Below, in pieces: positions 20,112-30,300 of a stretch of 64,000 bases of DNA. Source of the DNA: Bacteroidetes bacterium GWB2_32_14. Lineage in GTDB: Bacteria > Bacteroidota > Bacteroidia > Bacteroidales > UBA12077. Position 1 is the first letter of the stretch. Each line of letters starts with the position of its first letter. Below the pieces are notes generated by a model, which saw only the letters and a program-made list of their open reading frames with translations, ran no database searches and was not told where the DNA came from. The translations under genes were made by a program, and so were the position numbers. The DNA is taken from contig MENK01000001.1 of assembly GCA_001768235.1 (NCBI GenBank), forward strand, positions 306,057 through 370,056, given 5' to 3'.

Positions 20112-21296
20112 ATGAATAAATTTAGTGTCCCCTCTGATTTTGATATAAGTACAATTGACTATTACAAGCAACTCAATAATGAATACGAAAATTCAAAAGT
20201 TGTTGAAACATATGGAAATGTTACCAAAGAAAATATAATTGAATCTGGAAGGCCCAAGAGTGTGTTGCCTGATGTAGATTTTAAACAATTAGAAAATTAT
20301 ATTTCTTACTCGCTAAAAAGTAAAATCAATTTTAATTATACATTAAATGCAACTACACTGAATAATAAAGAATTTATTGAAGATGAAGTTGAAAACATTA
20401 TTAGATTTCTTAAACGATTAAACGATGCAGGAGTAACATCATTAACAATTGCGATGCCCTCAATGATTGAATTAGTAAATAAATCGTTCAATTGCTTTAA
20501 GATAAAAGCGTCAACATTATGCCAGATTACAAGTGCAAATAAGGCCTTAATGTTTAAAAGGCTTGGGGTTGATCGTATAGTGGTTGATGAATCGATAAAT
20601 AGAAAATTTAATAAATTAAAAAATATTCGTGAACAATTTGGACCCGATGTTGAACTTATTGCAAATGTAATATGCCATCAGGATTGTATATATCGGATGT
20701 TTCATTATAACCAGATGTCATCAATTTCTTTATCCGAAGGAAATGAAATAAGTGAATCTTATTACCCTCACCGGTGTTTGTTGCAAAGATATAATAACGT
20801 TAGTAATTTAATGAAACTTTCCTGGATAAGACCAGAAGATTTGAAGTATTATAATAATATTGGAATTACTAACTTTAAACTACAAGGACGACAAGCAGTA
20901 AAAACCAAAGGCCATCTAAAAACAATTAAACATTATTTTAATCAGAAATATGATGGAGATTTAATGGATTTATTAAATATGTACGATCCATTAAATAGCT
21001 TTAGAATATTTATAAAAAATAGCGATTTGGATGGTTTTATTAAACCTTTTGTCAGAGATGAGTATGATTTCTGTGAAAATAACTGTGAAAAATGTGGCTA
21101 TTGTCAAAAATATGCCGAAAGGATAATTGATATGAGCCATGCTAATGATATAATCCAAAAGACAAAAGAGTTTTATAATAAATTTGATCCATATTCAGAT
21201 CAGGTACAAATAGTTGGAGAAAGAGTAGGTGGAAATTATATTGAAAGTGAGATTGATGATAGAATCAATACAGAGCTTAATGATTTTAACTTGTAA
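20112..21296 (+). CDS. Peptidase-U32-like (PrtC/UbiU/TrhP superfamily) protein with extra Cys clusters, copy 1
   Basis: The start is 11 nt after the rSAM stop. U32-like pattern: alternating TIM-barrel strands (TSLTIAMPSMIELV, FKIKASTLCQI, VDRIVVDESI, VELIANVICHQDC) and FKLQGR (compare the LKIEGR of U32 proteins). Cys motifs: CHQDC..HRC and CENNCEKCGYC (21072..21104). Ends in ..ELNDFNL. Family call is by eye only. Confidence 0.5.
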   Translation: MNKFSVPSDFDISTIDYYKQLNNEYENSKVVETYGNVTKENIIESGRPKSVLPDVDFKQLENYISYSLKSKINFNYTLNATTLNNKEFIEDEVENIIRFLKRLNDAGVTSLTIAMPSMIELVNKSFNCFKIKASTLCQITSANKALMFKRLGVDRIVVDESINRKFNKLKNIREQFGPDVELIANVICHQDCIYRMFHYNQMSSISLSEGNEISESYYPHRCLLQRYNNVSNLMKLSWIRPEDLKYYNNIGITNFKLQGRQAVKTKGHLKTIKHYFNQKYDGDLMDLLNMYDPLNSFRIFIKNSDLDGFIKPFVRDEYDFCENNCEKCGYCQKYAERIIDMSHANDIIQKTKEFYNKFDPYSDQVQIVGERVGGNYIESEIDDRINTELNDFNL

Positions 21297-21393
21297 TAAT
21301 GAATTTAATGTTATAAGTAACTTTGGGTTTTTTAATAACTTATAAATAAAATTTAGATTTAAAATAATCTTTTATATTTCAAAATATACATAT

Positions 21394-22195
21394 ATGCAAA
21401 AGGAAGGTGATTCTCTGACACTAGAAAAAAATGATTTTTTATTGAAAAAGTACTGGAGTAAAAAAATGGAAGGGGAGTATATAACCTCCATAGCACCTTC
21501 TGATTTCAAACAAGTTGATACTGATTATAAAGAGGGAATAAGAGAAATTTATTTCCCAAGTGAATTATCTGATCGGATTCTTCATATTGCAAATAATTCA
21601 GATACACGCTTGTATATAATATTACTTGCCGGTACAATGGGGTTTTATTCCAAATATACAGCAAGCAGCAATATATTGATAGGCTCTCCTATTTTTAACG
21701 AAAAAGAAAATAAGAATTTTATTAATGCATTGTTACTCTACAGATGTGAATTGAATACTAAATTATCATTTAAGAATATATTACCAGGAGTTAAAGATGA
21801 AATTTTTGAAACAGTTAAAAAGCAAAACTATCCAATTAAAAAGTTAGTAAGTAAATATGAAAATGAAAATTTTATCTCAACTAAAAAAATTGTTGATTCA
21901 ATTGTTTTGTTGGAGAACATTCATGAGTATAGTTTAATATCAGATTACAAACCTGGATTTGTTTTTTCATACAAACAAGTTGATGGCAAGCTAATTGGCA
22001 GGCTAACCTATGATTTGTCAAAATATGACCCTGAAATTATAAATGACATTATCGGGAATTTAATTTACTTCTTTAGTCAGCTTTATTTTAATACAGATAA
22101 GCCCTTAATAGATATTGATTGTATTAGGACGGAATCAAAAGAATTTCTTTTAAATAAATCTGAAGGAATATCAAGAAAACTTGAGAATACGAATA
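21394..22195 (+). other. N-terminal half condensation domain (C*): C-terminal lobe only, no catalytic His motif
   Basis: KKYWSKKMEGEY..APSDF (the YW..L..lP.D region that normally follows HHxxxDG), RLYIILLAGTMGFYSKYT, ILIGSPI, QNYPIKKLV, VLLENI, LTYDLSKYDPEII. The A domain begins immediately afterwards (WFEEIVNRFPNQIALIE). Confidence 0.6.
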
Positions 22196-25100
22196 TTATA
22201 TCGTGGTTTGAAGAAATAGTTAATAGATTTCCAAATCAAATAGCATTAATTGAAACTATTGAAAGTCAATACAAGCAAAAAGATGTTAATAATAACAACG
22301 AAATATTATCAAAGGTTAAAGAGCATTTCAGCCAGAAGAGAGAGAACATAAATGACTTAAATGTTGTAACATATGAAACTCTTAATAGAGAATCAAATAT
22401 TATTGCGCGATATTTAATAAAACAAGGTGTAATACAAAATCAAATTGTTGCCGTATTATGTGATTCAAATGCCCGATTGATTCCAATTATCTTGGGGATA
22501 TTGAAATCTCAATCTACATATTTGCCAATCGACTATAATCTCCCGGTTAATAGAATTAATCATATTATAAAAGATAGTTGTCCCCGGGTTATTGTTACAA
22601 CAAGTACTATATTTAATTCATTTAAAGGAAAATTATCTGAAAAAACTAAATATATATTATTAGATCAGGTTGATTTTGATGGAACCGATGAAAGTAATCC
22701 CGAATTAACAATTGAAGATAATTCTCCGGCTTATATAATTTATACATCAGGTTCTACAGGAGTTCCTAAAGGCACCATTGTTAATCATAAATCGCTTTGT
22801 AATTATATCGATTGGAGGATCAATTATTATGGTATTACCAGTTCTGATTTAACCTTGCAGTTACTTCAGCATTTTTTTGATGGTTATTATTCAAATTTGT
22901 TTCAAAGTATTTTGTCGGGAAGTACTTTATTGTTGGTAAATGGAGATAGGGTATTAGATTACGACTATATGAAACTATTATTTCAACAGTTTCAAATTAC
23001 AAACCTAAGTATAATACCAAGAATATTAGAAACAATAGTTGAACAGGTAAAATTTATACCTGAATCACTCAATCGTGTTATTGTAGCAGGTGAAACTGCA
23101 TCTGCTCGTTTAATTCAGATTTTAAAAGAATACAACCCTGATATCAGGATTTATAATGAATATGGGCCAACAGAAACCTGTATTGGGATTTTTAGTAAAA
23201 GAATTGATAATGAAGCGAATTTAAAAATTATAGGAAGTCCGATTCAAAATAATTCCGCCTTGGTTATTGATCCGGAATCTCTGGACTTAAAACCAGTTGG
23301 AATAGCCGGAGAGTTATGCATATCAGGATTTAATTTGGCGAGAGGTTATTTGAACAGAGTAGAATATACAGACCAAAAATTTGGTTATCGAGATCATAAG
23401 TTCTTTTATAAAACTGGCGACACGGTGAGATATTTGAGCAATGGAGATATGGAGTTTATAGGTAGAAGAGATGATCAGATGAAAATTCGCGGATTTCGTG
23501 TTGAGATTGGAGAGATTGAATCTTGTTTAAAGCGAATTGAAGAAATTGAAGATGGAATTATAATTCCTGTATCGAATAAAAATGACGATATAGTTTTATG
23601 CGCTTATTATAAAAGTAAGAAAGAAATAGATAAAGAACTCATAAAGGAAAGTCTTGAACAATACTTGCCCGGGTATATGATACCCAATCATTATGTTAGG
23701 CTTGAAGCATTTCCCGTACTCCCTAATGGGAAAATGGATAAAAACGCTCTTCCAAAGCCTGGCTTAGAATCAAAGCAAGAGAAACCTGCCAATAAATTGG
23801 AAATTGATCTTGCTCAAATATGGAGTAAGGTTTTAAAAACTGAAGTTGATAATATAAATATTGATTCAAACTTTTTTGAATTGGGAGGACATTCTTTAAA
23901 TGCAACACTCCTGATATCATCTATATACGATAAATTTGCTGTAAAAATTCCGATGAAGGATTTTTTCAGGAACCCAACTATTAATGGGTTAAAGAAATTT
24001 TTTGAAAATGAAGATGAAATATTGAAAGATATATCAAAACCAGAAAATAAAGAACAGAAAATGAGTCTATCTCCTGCTCAGCAAAGACTCTATATTATTA
24101 ATCAAACTAACCCGGGTTCAACAGTTTATAATATGCCAAGTATATTTCGGTTAGAAGGAGATGTTGATTTAAATAAGTTGCAACAGGTTATTAATAAGCT
24201 AGTTGAAAGACACCAGAGCCTAAGGACACGTTTTTATGTTGAAAACGACAAGATATTTCAAGAGATTTACACTGAATGTAAAGTATTTGTAGAGCATAAA
24301 GTTGTCGATTCTAATAATTTAGAGAATGAAATAGCAGGTTTTATAAAACCATTTAATTTAAACCAGGCTCCATTATTACGTGCCGCAATTTTTAAAGTGG
24401 TTAATGAATTTATATTGGTTATTGATATTCATCACATAATTGCGGATATTGTTTCAATATCGATTTTAATCAAAGAGTTTTTTGAATTATATAATGATAG
24501 AACTGTAGAGGCAATTAATTATGAATTTGTTGACTATATTCATTCAATTTCGGAAAAGGAACACTTAGCAAGAATTAGTGAGCAGGAAAAATTCTGGTTA
24601 GAACTTTATAAAGTATTACCAAACAAATTAACTCTGCCAATTGATTATTCCCGTCCTAAGAATATTGATTATGATGGTGATTTTATTACAATAAAACTCG
24701 ACGATTTTATTTCTAAAGAAATTAAAGAGTTTATTAAAAATAACGGGATAACCCCGTTTATATTTTTTATTAGCCTGTATTACATTTTTCTATATAAAAT
24801 TACCGGTTCAACGGATGTCGTGATCGGATTCCCAAGTATAAACAGGAAAAAAGTAGATTTTCGAAACATTGTAGGAAATTTTCTGAATACAATTCCAATT
24901 CGGTTTAATCATGATTTAAAGAAAACATTTAATGAAATAATACTAGAAATAAGAGATGTTATACTTGACTGTTTCGATAATCAAGATTACCAGTTAGAAA
25001 GTTTGATTAACAAATTAGATTTCAAAAAAGAAGAAGGAAGAGTTACATTAATTGATACGTTATTTAATTTTATACAGGAAAATGACCTAAAGCTTGAATC

Positions 25101-27240
25101 AGATAAATTGTGCTTACGCCCCTATACATTAGATAATAAAACAACAAAATTCGATTTGTCTTGTTATGCTGTAGAAATCAACAATTCATTCTTAATAAAA
25201 TTAAATTATAGGAAATCGTTATTTAAAAGATCTACCATACAACATATGCTCAATGGTTTTTATAATTTAATAACTCATGTAATTGAAAAACCAGATGAAA
25301 GCGTATATAAATATAAAATCTTTAATACTATTGGACCCGTCCAAAAAAATAGTATAAAGAATTTTACAGGTCAAAATTTGCAATTGAACGGAAGTGATGA
25401 TTATCTTTTAAATTCCATTGAAGAAAATATACTGAAATTATCAGAAAAGAAATCTTTTGTATTTGAGGGACAATCATACTCGTATAAACAATTTAATGAT
25501 TTGGTAAAGTCATATTCGTACAGATTAGCAGACGAGTACTCTAGAATTGAAAATGGACATATATTTATTTTAATGAATATGGGGCATGAACTGGTAGCAA
25601 TGATATATGCTTTATATAAAGTCAGAGTGCCTTTTAGTATAATTGATCCGTTATTCCCTCCCGAACGCATTGCAAAAATAATTGAAAAATCAGATAATTC
25701 AATACTGGTTAGCGACTTTGATTATTTGTCAGAATTAGAAAAACAATTAGCATCAGGCAATACGATACTAATTGATTACAATACAATTGAAAATAGTGAT
25801 ATTTATAATTCCCCAATTTTAAATAGAAGTTCCGATAATCTTGCTATTATCATTTATACATCAGGATCAACAGGAGAACCCAAAGGAGTATGTCACACGT
25901 ATAATAATATCAATTATTATTTGAAGCAATATTTAACAAATGTACCTTTCAAAAGTAGCGATAATTTAGCTTTACTTACTCATCCTGCTCATGCAGTTGG
26001 TTTAATAGATATTTTTGCTTCATTATCCACGGGGATGACACTTTCAATATATAATATTCGTGTTCCTGCAAATCTTTCAAGATTAGCATCATGGTTATTG
26101 CTCAATAAAATTACAATACTTCATACTGTTCCATCAGTATATCGAAGTATTATAACCCAGGTTGAAGCATACAATATAGTTCCCGAAATGATAAACATTG
26201 TAATATTGGGAGGAGAAGAAGTTAGCAGAACAGATTTTAAAAATTTTAAAAAACATTTTTCAAAAAACTCGTTATTTATTAATTTTTATGGTGCTTCGGA
26301 AGTATTGGCAATATCATTCTTAAAATTAGGGTATTCCGATGAGTGCTCAAAAGCAAGACTTTCTTCAGGAAAAGCAATAGAAGAAACAAACGTGAGAGTT
26401 ATAGATGAACACGGAAATGAACTCGAAGATTTTGCCGTGGGAGAAATTGTGATTTATAACAATTTTTTAACAACGGGTTATTATAAAAATCCCGAGTTAA
26501 CGCAAAAACATATTGTATTTAACAATCATGAGAAAATGCAAGCAGGATATAAAACAGGGGATATCGGACGAATTTTACCTGGAGGAGAATTTGAAATACT
26601 TGGAAGAATTAATGATTGGGCGAAAATTAGAGGATTTAGAATAGAATTTAAAGAAATTGAAGAACAAATGATGGAAATTGATGCTATATCAAAAGCAGCT
26701 GTTTTCACATTTTCTAAACAACCAGGTAACAATGAAAGCATAGGTGCTTTATATGAGGGTGATAAACAATTAAATTATCAAGAGATTAAATCAGCATTAA
26801 TTAAAAAATTACCATCCTATATGATTCCTCAGGCAATTTGTTGGGTTAGCGAGTTCCCATTAAACCATAATGGTAAATTTGATACAAAAGTTGCTCAAAC
26901 CATTATTAAGGCAAAAATACCCACCCAGGATATAGTCAAACCTACAAAGGAACAAGAAAAGAGAATCGCGGAATTGTGGAAACAAGTTCTTAAAATAGAT
27001 GTTGTCGGGATAACTGATACTTTTTTCGATTTGGGAGGAGATTCTATTAAATTAATAGAACTTAATATGCTTATTAATAGGGAATACGAGATAGATTTCC
27101 CTGTCGAAACAATTTTTGAATATCCAACCATTCAAAGTTATGCCGAGTTTTTAAACGACCAGCCTAAGGAAAAGAATAAACTTTCAAATAATACCGAGGC
27201 AAAAGGTAGGATTATGCGAATGCGAAAGAAAGATAATTAA
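21394..27240 (+). CDS. NRPS, C*-A-T-C-A-T (1948 aa); the second A domain is divergent
   Basis: C* has no HHxxxDG. A1 YTSGSTGVPKG/NEYGPTE/YKTGD/GRRDDQMKIRGFRVE. T FFELGGHSL. C HHIIADI (24430..24450). A2 YTSGSTGEPKG, with A4 reading PAHAVGLID (25984..26010), NFYGASE, YKTGD, GRINDWAKIRGFRIE, NHNGKFD. T FFDLGGDSI. The C-terminal tail is basic (RIMRMRKKDN). Confidence 0.95.
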   Translation: MQKEGDSLTLEKNDFLLKKYWSKKMEGEYITSIAPSDFKQVDTDYKEGIREIYFPSELSDRILHIANNSDTRLYIILLAGTMGFYSKYTASSNILIGSPIFNEKENKNFINALLLYRCELNTKLSFKNILPGVKDEIFETVKKQNYPIKKLVSKYENENFISTKKIVDSIVLLENIHEYSLISDYKPGFVFSYKQVDGKLIGRLTYDLSKYDPEIINDIIGNLIYFFSQLYFNTDKPLIDIDCIRTESKEFLLNKSEGISRKLENTNIISWFEEIVNRFPNQIALIETIESQYKQKDVNNNNEILSKVKEHFSQKRENINDLNVVTYETLNRESNIIARYLIKQGVIQNQIVAVLCDSNARLIPIILGILKSQSTYLPIDYNLPVNRINHIIKDSCPRVIVTTSTIFNSFKGKLSEKTKYILLDQVDFDGTDESNPELTIEDNSPAYIIYTSGSTGVPKGTIVNHKSLCNYIDWRINYYGITSSDLTLQLLQHFFDGYYSNLFQSILSGSTLLLVNGDRVLDYDYMKLLFQQFQITNLSIIPRILETIVEQVKFIPESLNRVIVAGETASARLIQILKEYNPDIRIYNEYGPTETCIGIFSKRIDNEANLKIIGSPIQNNSALVIDPESLDLKPVGIAGELCISGFNLARGYLNRVEYTDQKFGYRDHKFFYKTGDTVRYLSNGDMEFIGRRDDQMKIRGFRVEIGEIESCLKRIEEIEDGIIIPVSNKNDDIVLCAYYKSKKEIDKELIKESLEQYLPGYMIPNHYVRLEAFPVLPNGKMDKNALPKPGLESKQEKPANKLEIDLAQIWSKVLKTEVDNINIDSNFFELGGHSLNATLLISSIYDKFAVKIPMKDFFRNPTINGLKKFFENEDEILKDISKPENKEQKMSLSPAQQRLYIINQTNPGSTVYNMPSIFRLEGDVDLNKLQQVINKLVERHQSLRTRFYVENDKIFQEIYTECKVFVEHKVVDSNNLENEIAGFIKPFNLNQAPLLRAAIFKVVNEFILVIDIHHIIADIVSISILIKEFFELYNDRTVEAINYEFVDYIHSISEKEHLARISEQEKFWLELYKVLPNKLTLPIDYSRPKNIDYDGDFITIKLDDFISKEIKEFIKNNGITPFIFFISLYYIFLYKITGSTDVVIGFPSINRKKVDFRNIVGNFLNTIPIRFNHDLKKTFNEIILEIRDVILDCFDNQDYQLESLINKLDFKKEEGRVTLIDTLFNFIQENDLKLESDKLCLRPYTLDNKTTKFDLSCYAVEINNSFLIKLNYRKSLFKRSTIQHMLNGFYNLITHVIEKPDESVYKYKIFNTIGPVQKNSIKNFTGQNLQLNGSDDYLLNSIEENILKLSEKKSFVFEGQSYSYKQFNDLVKSYSYRLADEYSRIENGHIFILMNMGHELVAMIYALYKVRVPFSIIDPLFPPERIAKIIEKSDNSILVSDFDYLSELEKQLASGNTILIDYNTIENSDIYNSPILNRSSDNLAIIIYTSGSTGEPKGVCHTYNNINYYLKQYLTNVPFKSSDNLALLTHPAHAVGLIDIFASLSTGMTLSIYNIRVPANLSRLASWLLLNKITILHTVPSVYRSIITQVEAYNIVPEMINIVILGGEEVSRTDFKNFKKHFSKNSLFINFYGASEVLAISFLKLGYSDECSKARLSSGKAIEETNVRVIDEHGNELEDFAVGEIVIYNNFLTTGYYKNPELTQKHIVFNNHEKMQAGYKTGDIGRILPGGEFEILGRINDWAKIRGFRIEFKEIEEQMMEIDAISKAAVFTFSKQPGNNESIGALYEGDKQLNYQEIKSALIKKLPSYMIPQAICWVSEFPLNHNGKFDTKVAQTIIKAKIPTQDIVKPTKEQEKRIAELWKQVLKIDVVGITDTFFDLGGDSIKLIELNMLINREYEIDFPVETIFEYPTIQSYAEFLNDQPKEKNKLSNNTEAKGRIMRMRKKDN

Positions 27241-27321
27241 AGTTCTGCTTGTTTTTTTATTAAAAATCCCGATAAATTATTTAAAATATTTCGAATTAAA
27301 ATAACCAAATAAAATGTTGTC

Positions 27322-30300
27322 ATGAAGAGTGTTAATCCAAATAGTAAAACGGGACTTGAAATTGCTGTAATTGGTATGGCCGGCAGATTTGCATCTTTTT
27401 CAAATATCAATGAATTTTGGGACGGATTAATTCAAAATCAAGAAAGTATAAAGTTTTATTCAAAAGAAGAACTGCGGGAAGCAGGAGTAGAACCGGGACT
27501 ATTAGAGAATAAGAATTATATTAGAACTATTGGTTCTGTATTGGAAAGCAAAAAGAAATTTGATGCAGAATTCTTTGGATTTACAGATGATGAAGCTTTA
27601 AAACTATTACCCCAGGCCAGAATATTACTTGAGTTATCGTGGCAAGCATTAGAAGATGCAGGATGTAAAATTGAAAGGAATAATGAGTCAATAGGAATTT
27701 ACGCGGGAAGTTCTGCCAGTAATATTTGGGAAAACTATTTTGGCTTAAAAGCAAAAAATGCTTTCGAAAGATTTACTGATAGTCTTTATGTTAGTAAAGA
27801 TATGATATGTTCTAGAATATCTCATTCTTTAAATTTAACCGGCCCAAGTGTTTTCATTAATTCAATGTGCTCAACATCTTTAGTGGCAATTGATATGGCT
27901 TGTAAATCATTACTAAATGGACAATGTTCCATAGCACTGGCAGGAGGAATAGAATTAAATTATCTCGAGAAAGGTGGTTATGTATATCATGATGGAATGA
28001 TTACTTCATCTGATGGCCATTGCAAAGCATTTGATGACAAGGCTGATGGAACGATCAATGGTGAAGGAGGGGGAATTGTAGCATTAAAATGTTTAGATTC
28101 AGCAATTAAGGATGGAGATTATATATATGCTGTAATAAAAGGCGGAGCTGTTAATAACGACGGAAAGCAAAAAATAGGCTTCACTGCACCAAGTGTCAAA
28201 GGACAGGTTGATGTTATTCAAAAGGCATTATCATTTTCTGAAGTCAACCCGGAAGAGATTGATTATGTTGAATGTCACGGAACAGGGACTAAATTAGGAG
28301 ATCCCATTGAAATATCTGCTTTAACTAAAGCTTTTAGTACTACAAAAAAACAATATTGTGGCATAGGTTCTGTTAAAACAAATATTGGACATCTAAATTG
28401 TGCAGCCGGAATTGCCGGGTTTATTAAGACAGTAATGATTTTAAACAAAGGTATTATTCCGGCAACGTTGAATTATAATTCCGCAAATCCTAAAATTGAT
28501 TTTGAGAATTCTCCTTTTTATGTTGTAAATAAAAACACTGAACTGGATAAAACAAGAGTTAATAAGGCTTGTGTTAGCTCTTTTGGAATTAGTGGTACAA
28601 ATGCACATATTATTCTTGAAAAATTTATTGATACCAGAAAAACACGTACACTAGACAATAAGCACCATTTAATCCTTTTATCTGCAAAAACTGAGAATGC
28701 TCTTTCGGATGTAGTATTAAACCTAAAGAATTATTTAATAAAAAATTTATCAGTAAATTTAGGTAAAATGTCCTATACTTTGATCCAGGGGAAAGATTAT
28801 TTTAAATATCGGGCTGCATTTGTGGCTTCCAAACCTGAAGATCTCATAGATAGTATTAACAAATGGTTCGAAGATACAAATAGTAAATATCTTATTCCCG
28901 AAAATACAGGTAATTTACCTGTAATATTTATGTTCCCTGGGCAAGGAGCTCAATATAAATATATGGGAAAAGATCTTTATTATAATATTGAATATTTTAG
29001 AAATAATGTTGATGATTGCCTCGAGAGTTTAAAATTTATTGCAGGAAATGATTTTTATCAAATTGCAAAATATTATTTCTTAGAATCCCAACCTGAAGAT
29101 AAACTTAAATCCATTGATATTAATGATACGTTATTAGCACAAGTGCTTCTTTTTATTTTTGAATATTCACTGGCAAGGTATTTTATTTACATAGGAATTA
29201 ATCCATCAGCTCTGACTGGACATAGCCTGGGAGAAATTGTTGCTGCATCAATATCAAATGTATTGGAACTTAATGATGCTATTTGGTTGGTATATAAACG
29301 GGGGAATTATATGGCATCAATGGACAAAGGAGAGATGATTAGTATTCCATTGCCCGATCAACAGGTACAAAATATTATTTGGGAAGGTATAGAAATTGCA
29401 GCCGAAAATAGTTCTGAATTATGTACTGTATCAGGAAAATCGAATGAAATTGAAAAGTTGAGAAATGAATTGAAAAAGCAAAATATACCATTTGTTAATT
29501 TAAATACTTCGCATGCTTATCATTCATATATGATGGAACCAGCCATTCCCTTATTTGTTAATGAAATAAAAAATATTAAATTCAACAAACCTGTTTTGCC
29601 ATTTTTGTCGAACGTAAGTGGAGGATGGATATCAGATCATCAGGCAACCAATCCCGAATATTGGGGTAAACATATCAGAAGCAAGGTACATTTTAATAAA
29701 AGTCTTTCGTTACTTCTTGAAAACAACAACATATTTATAGAAGTTGGACCGGGTAAAACCTTGTCAACTTTTATAAAAAACCACAATATGTACAATAATA
29801 GCAATCATGTAGTTAGAACAATCCCCGGTTCAAAAGAAGGTTTAGATGCTTATTCCTTTGTATTGCAAGCTATTGGTTATTTGTGGTGTTGTCAAAAGGA
29901 AATTAACTGGTCAGAATTTTTTCTACATCAGGATAATGCAAAAATTCCATTACCTGTATATCCTTTTCAGGGAAAAGAATATTGGTTAAGTTTTAGTGAA
30001 TTAATAAGTGTATTTGATAAGGCAATACCACGAGATAATTTAAAAGATGAATTTTATTTATACAAGCCAGTATGGAAAAGAAATGACTTATCATACATTA
30101 TTAAAGAAAACAACAAGAAGTATAGCAAAATATTAATTATTTCTGATCAAAATATAGCCAAAGAATTTAAATCAAAATTTATAGAAAAAGGAATTGAAGT
30201 AACTATCGCGATTCCTGCTAATGAATTTCGGAATGATGGTGAAAATCAATATTATTTTAATTTATTAAAAGAAAATCATGCTGATGAATTATTTAAAGAT

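Noticed and set aside
21311-21345. AT-only palindromes after gene ends (TTATAAGT-N19-ACTTATAA at 21311..21345; AATCTC-N12-GAGATT in the 18295..18399 spacer; AATCC-GTAAT-GGATT in the 43394..43513 spacer).
   Set aside because: The stems are short and almost purely A/T, as expected by chance at this base composition. They are not reported as terminators.
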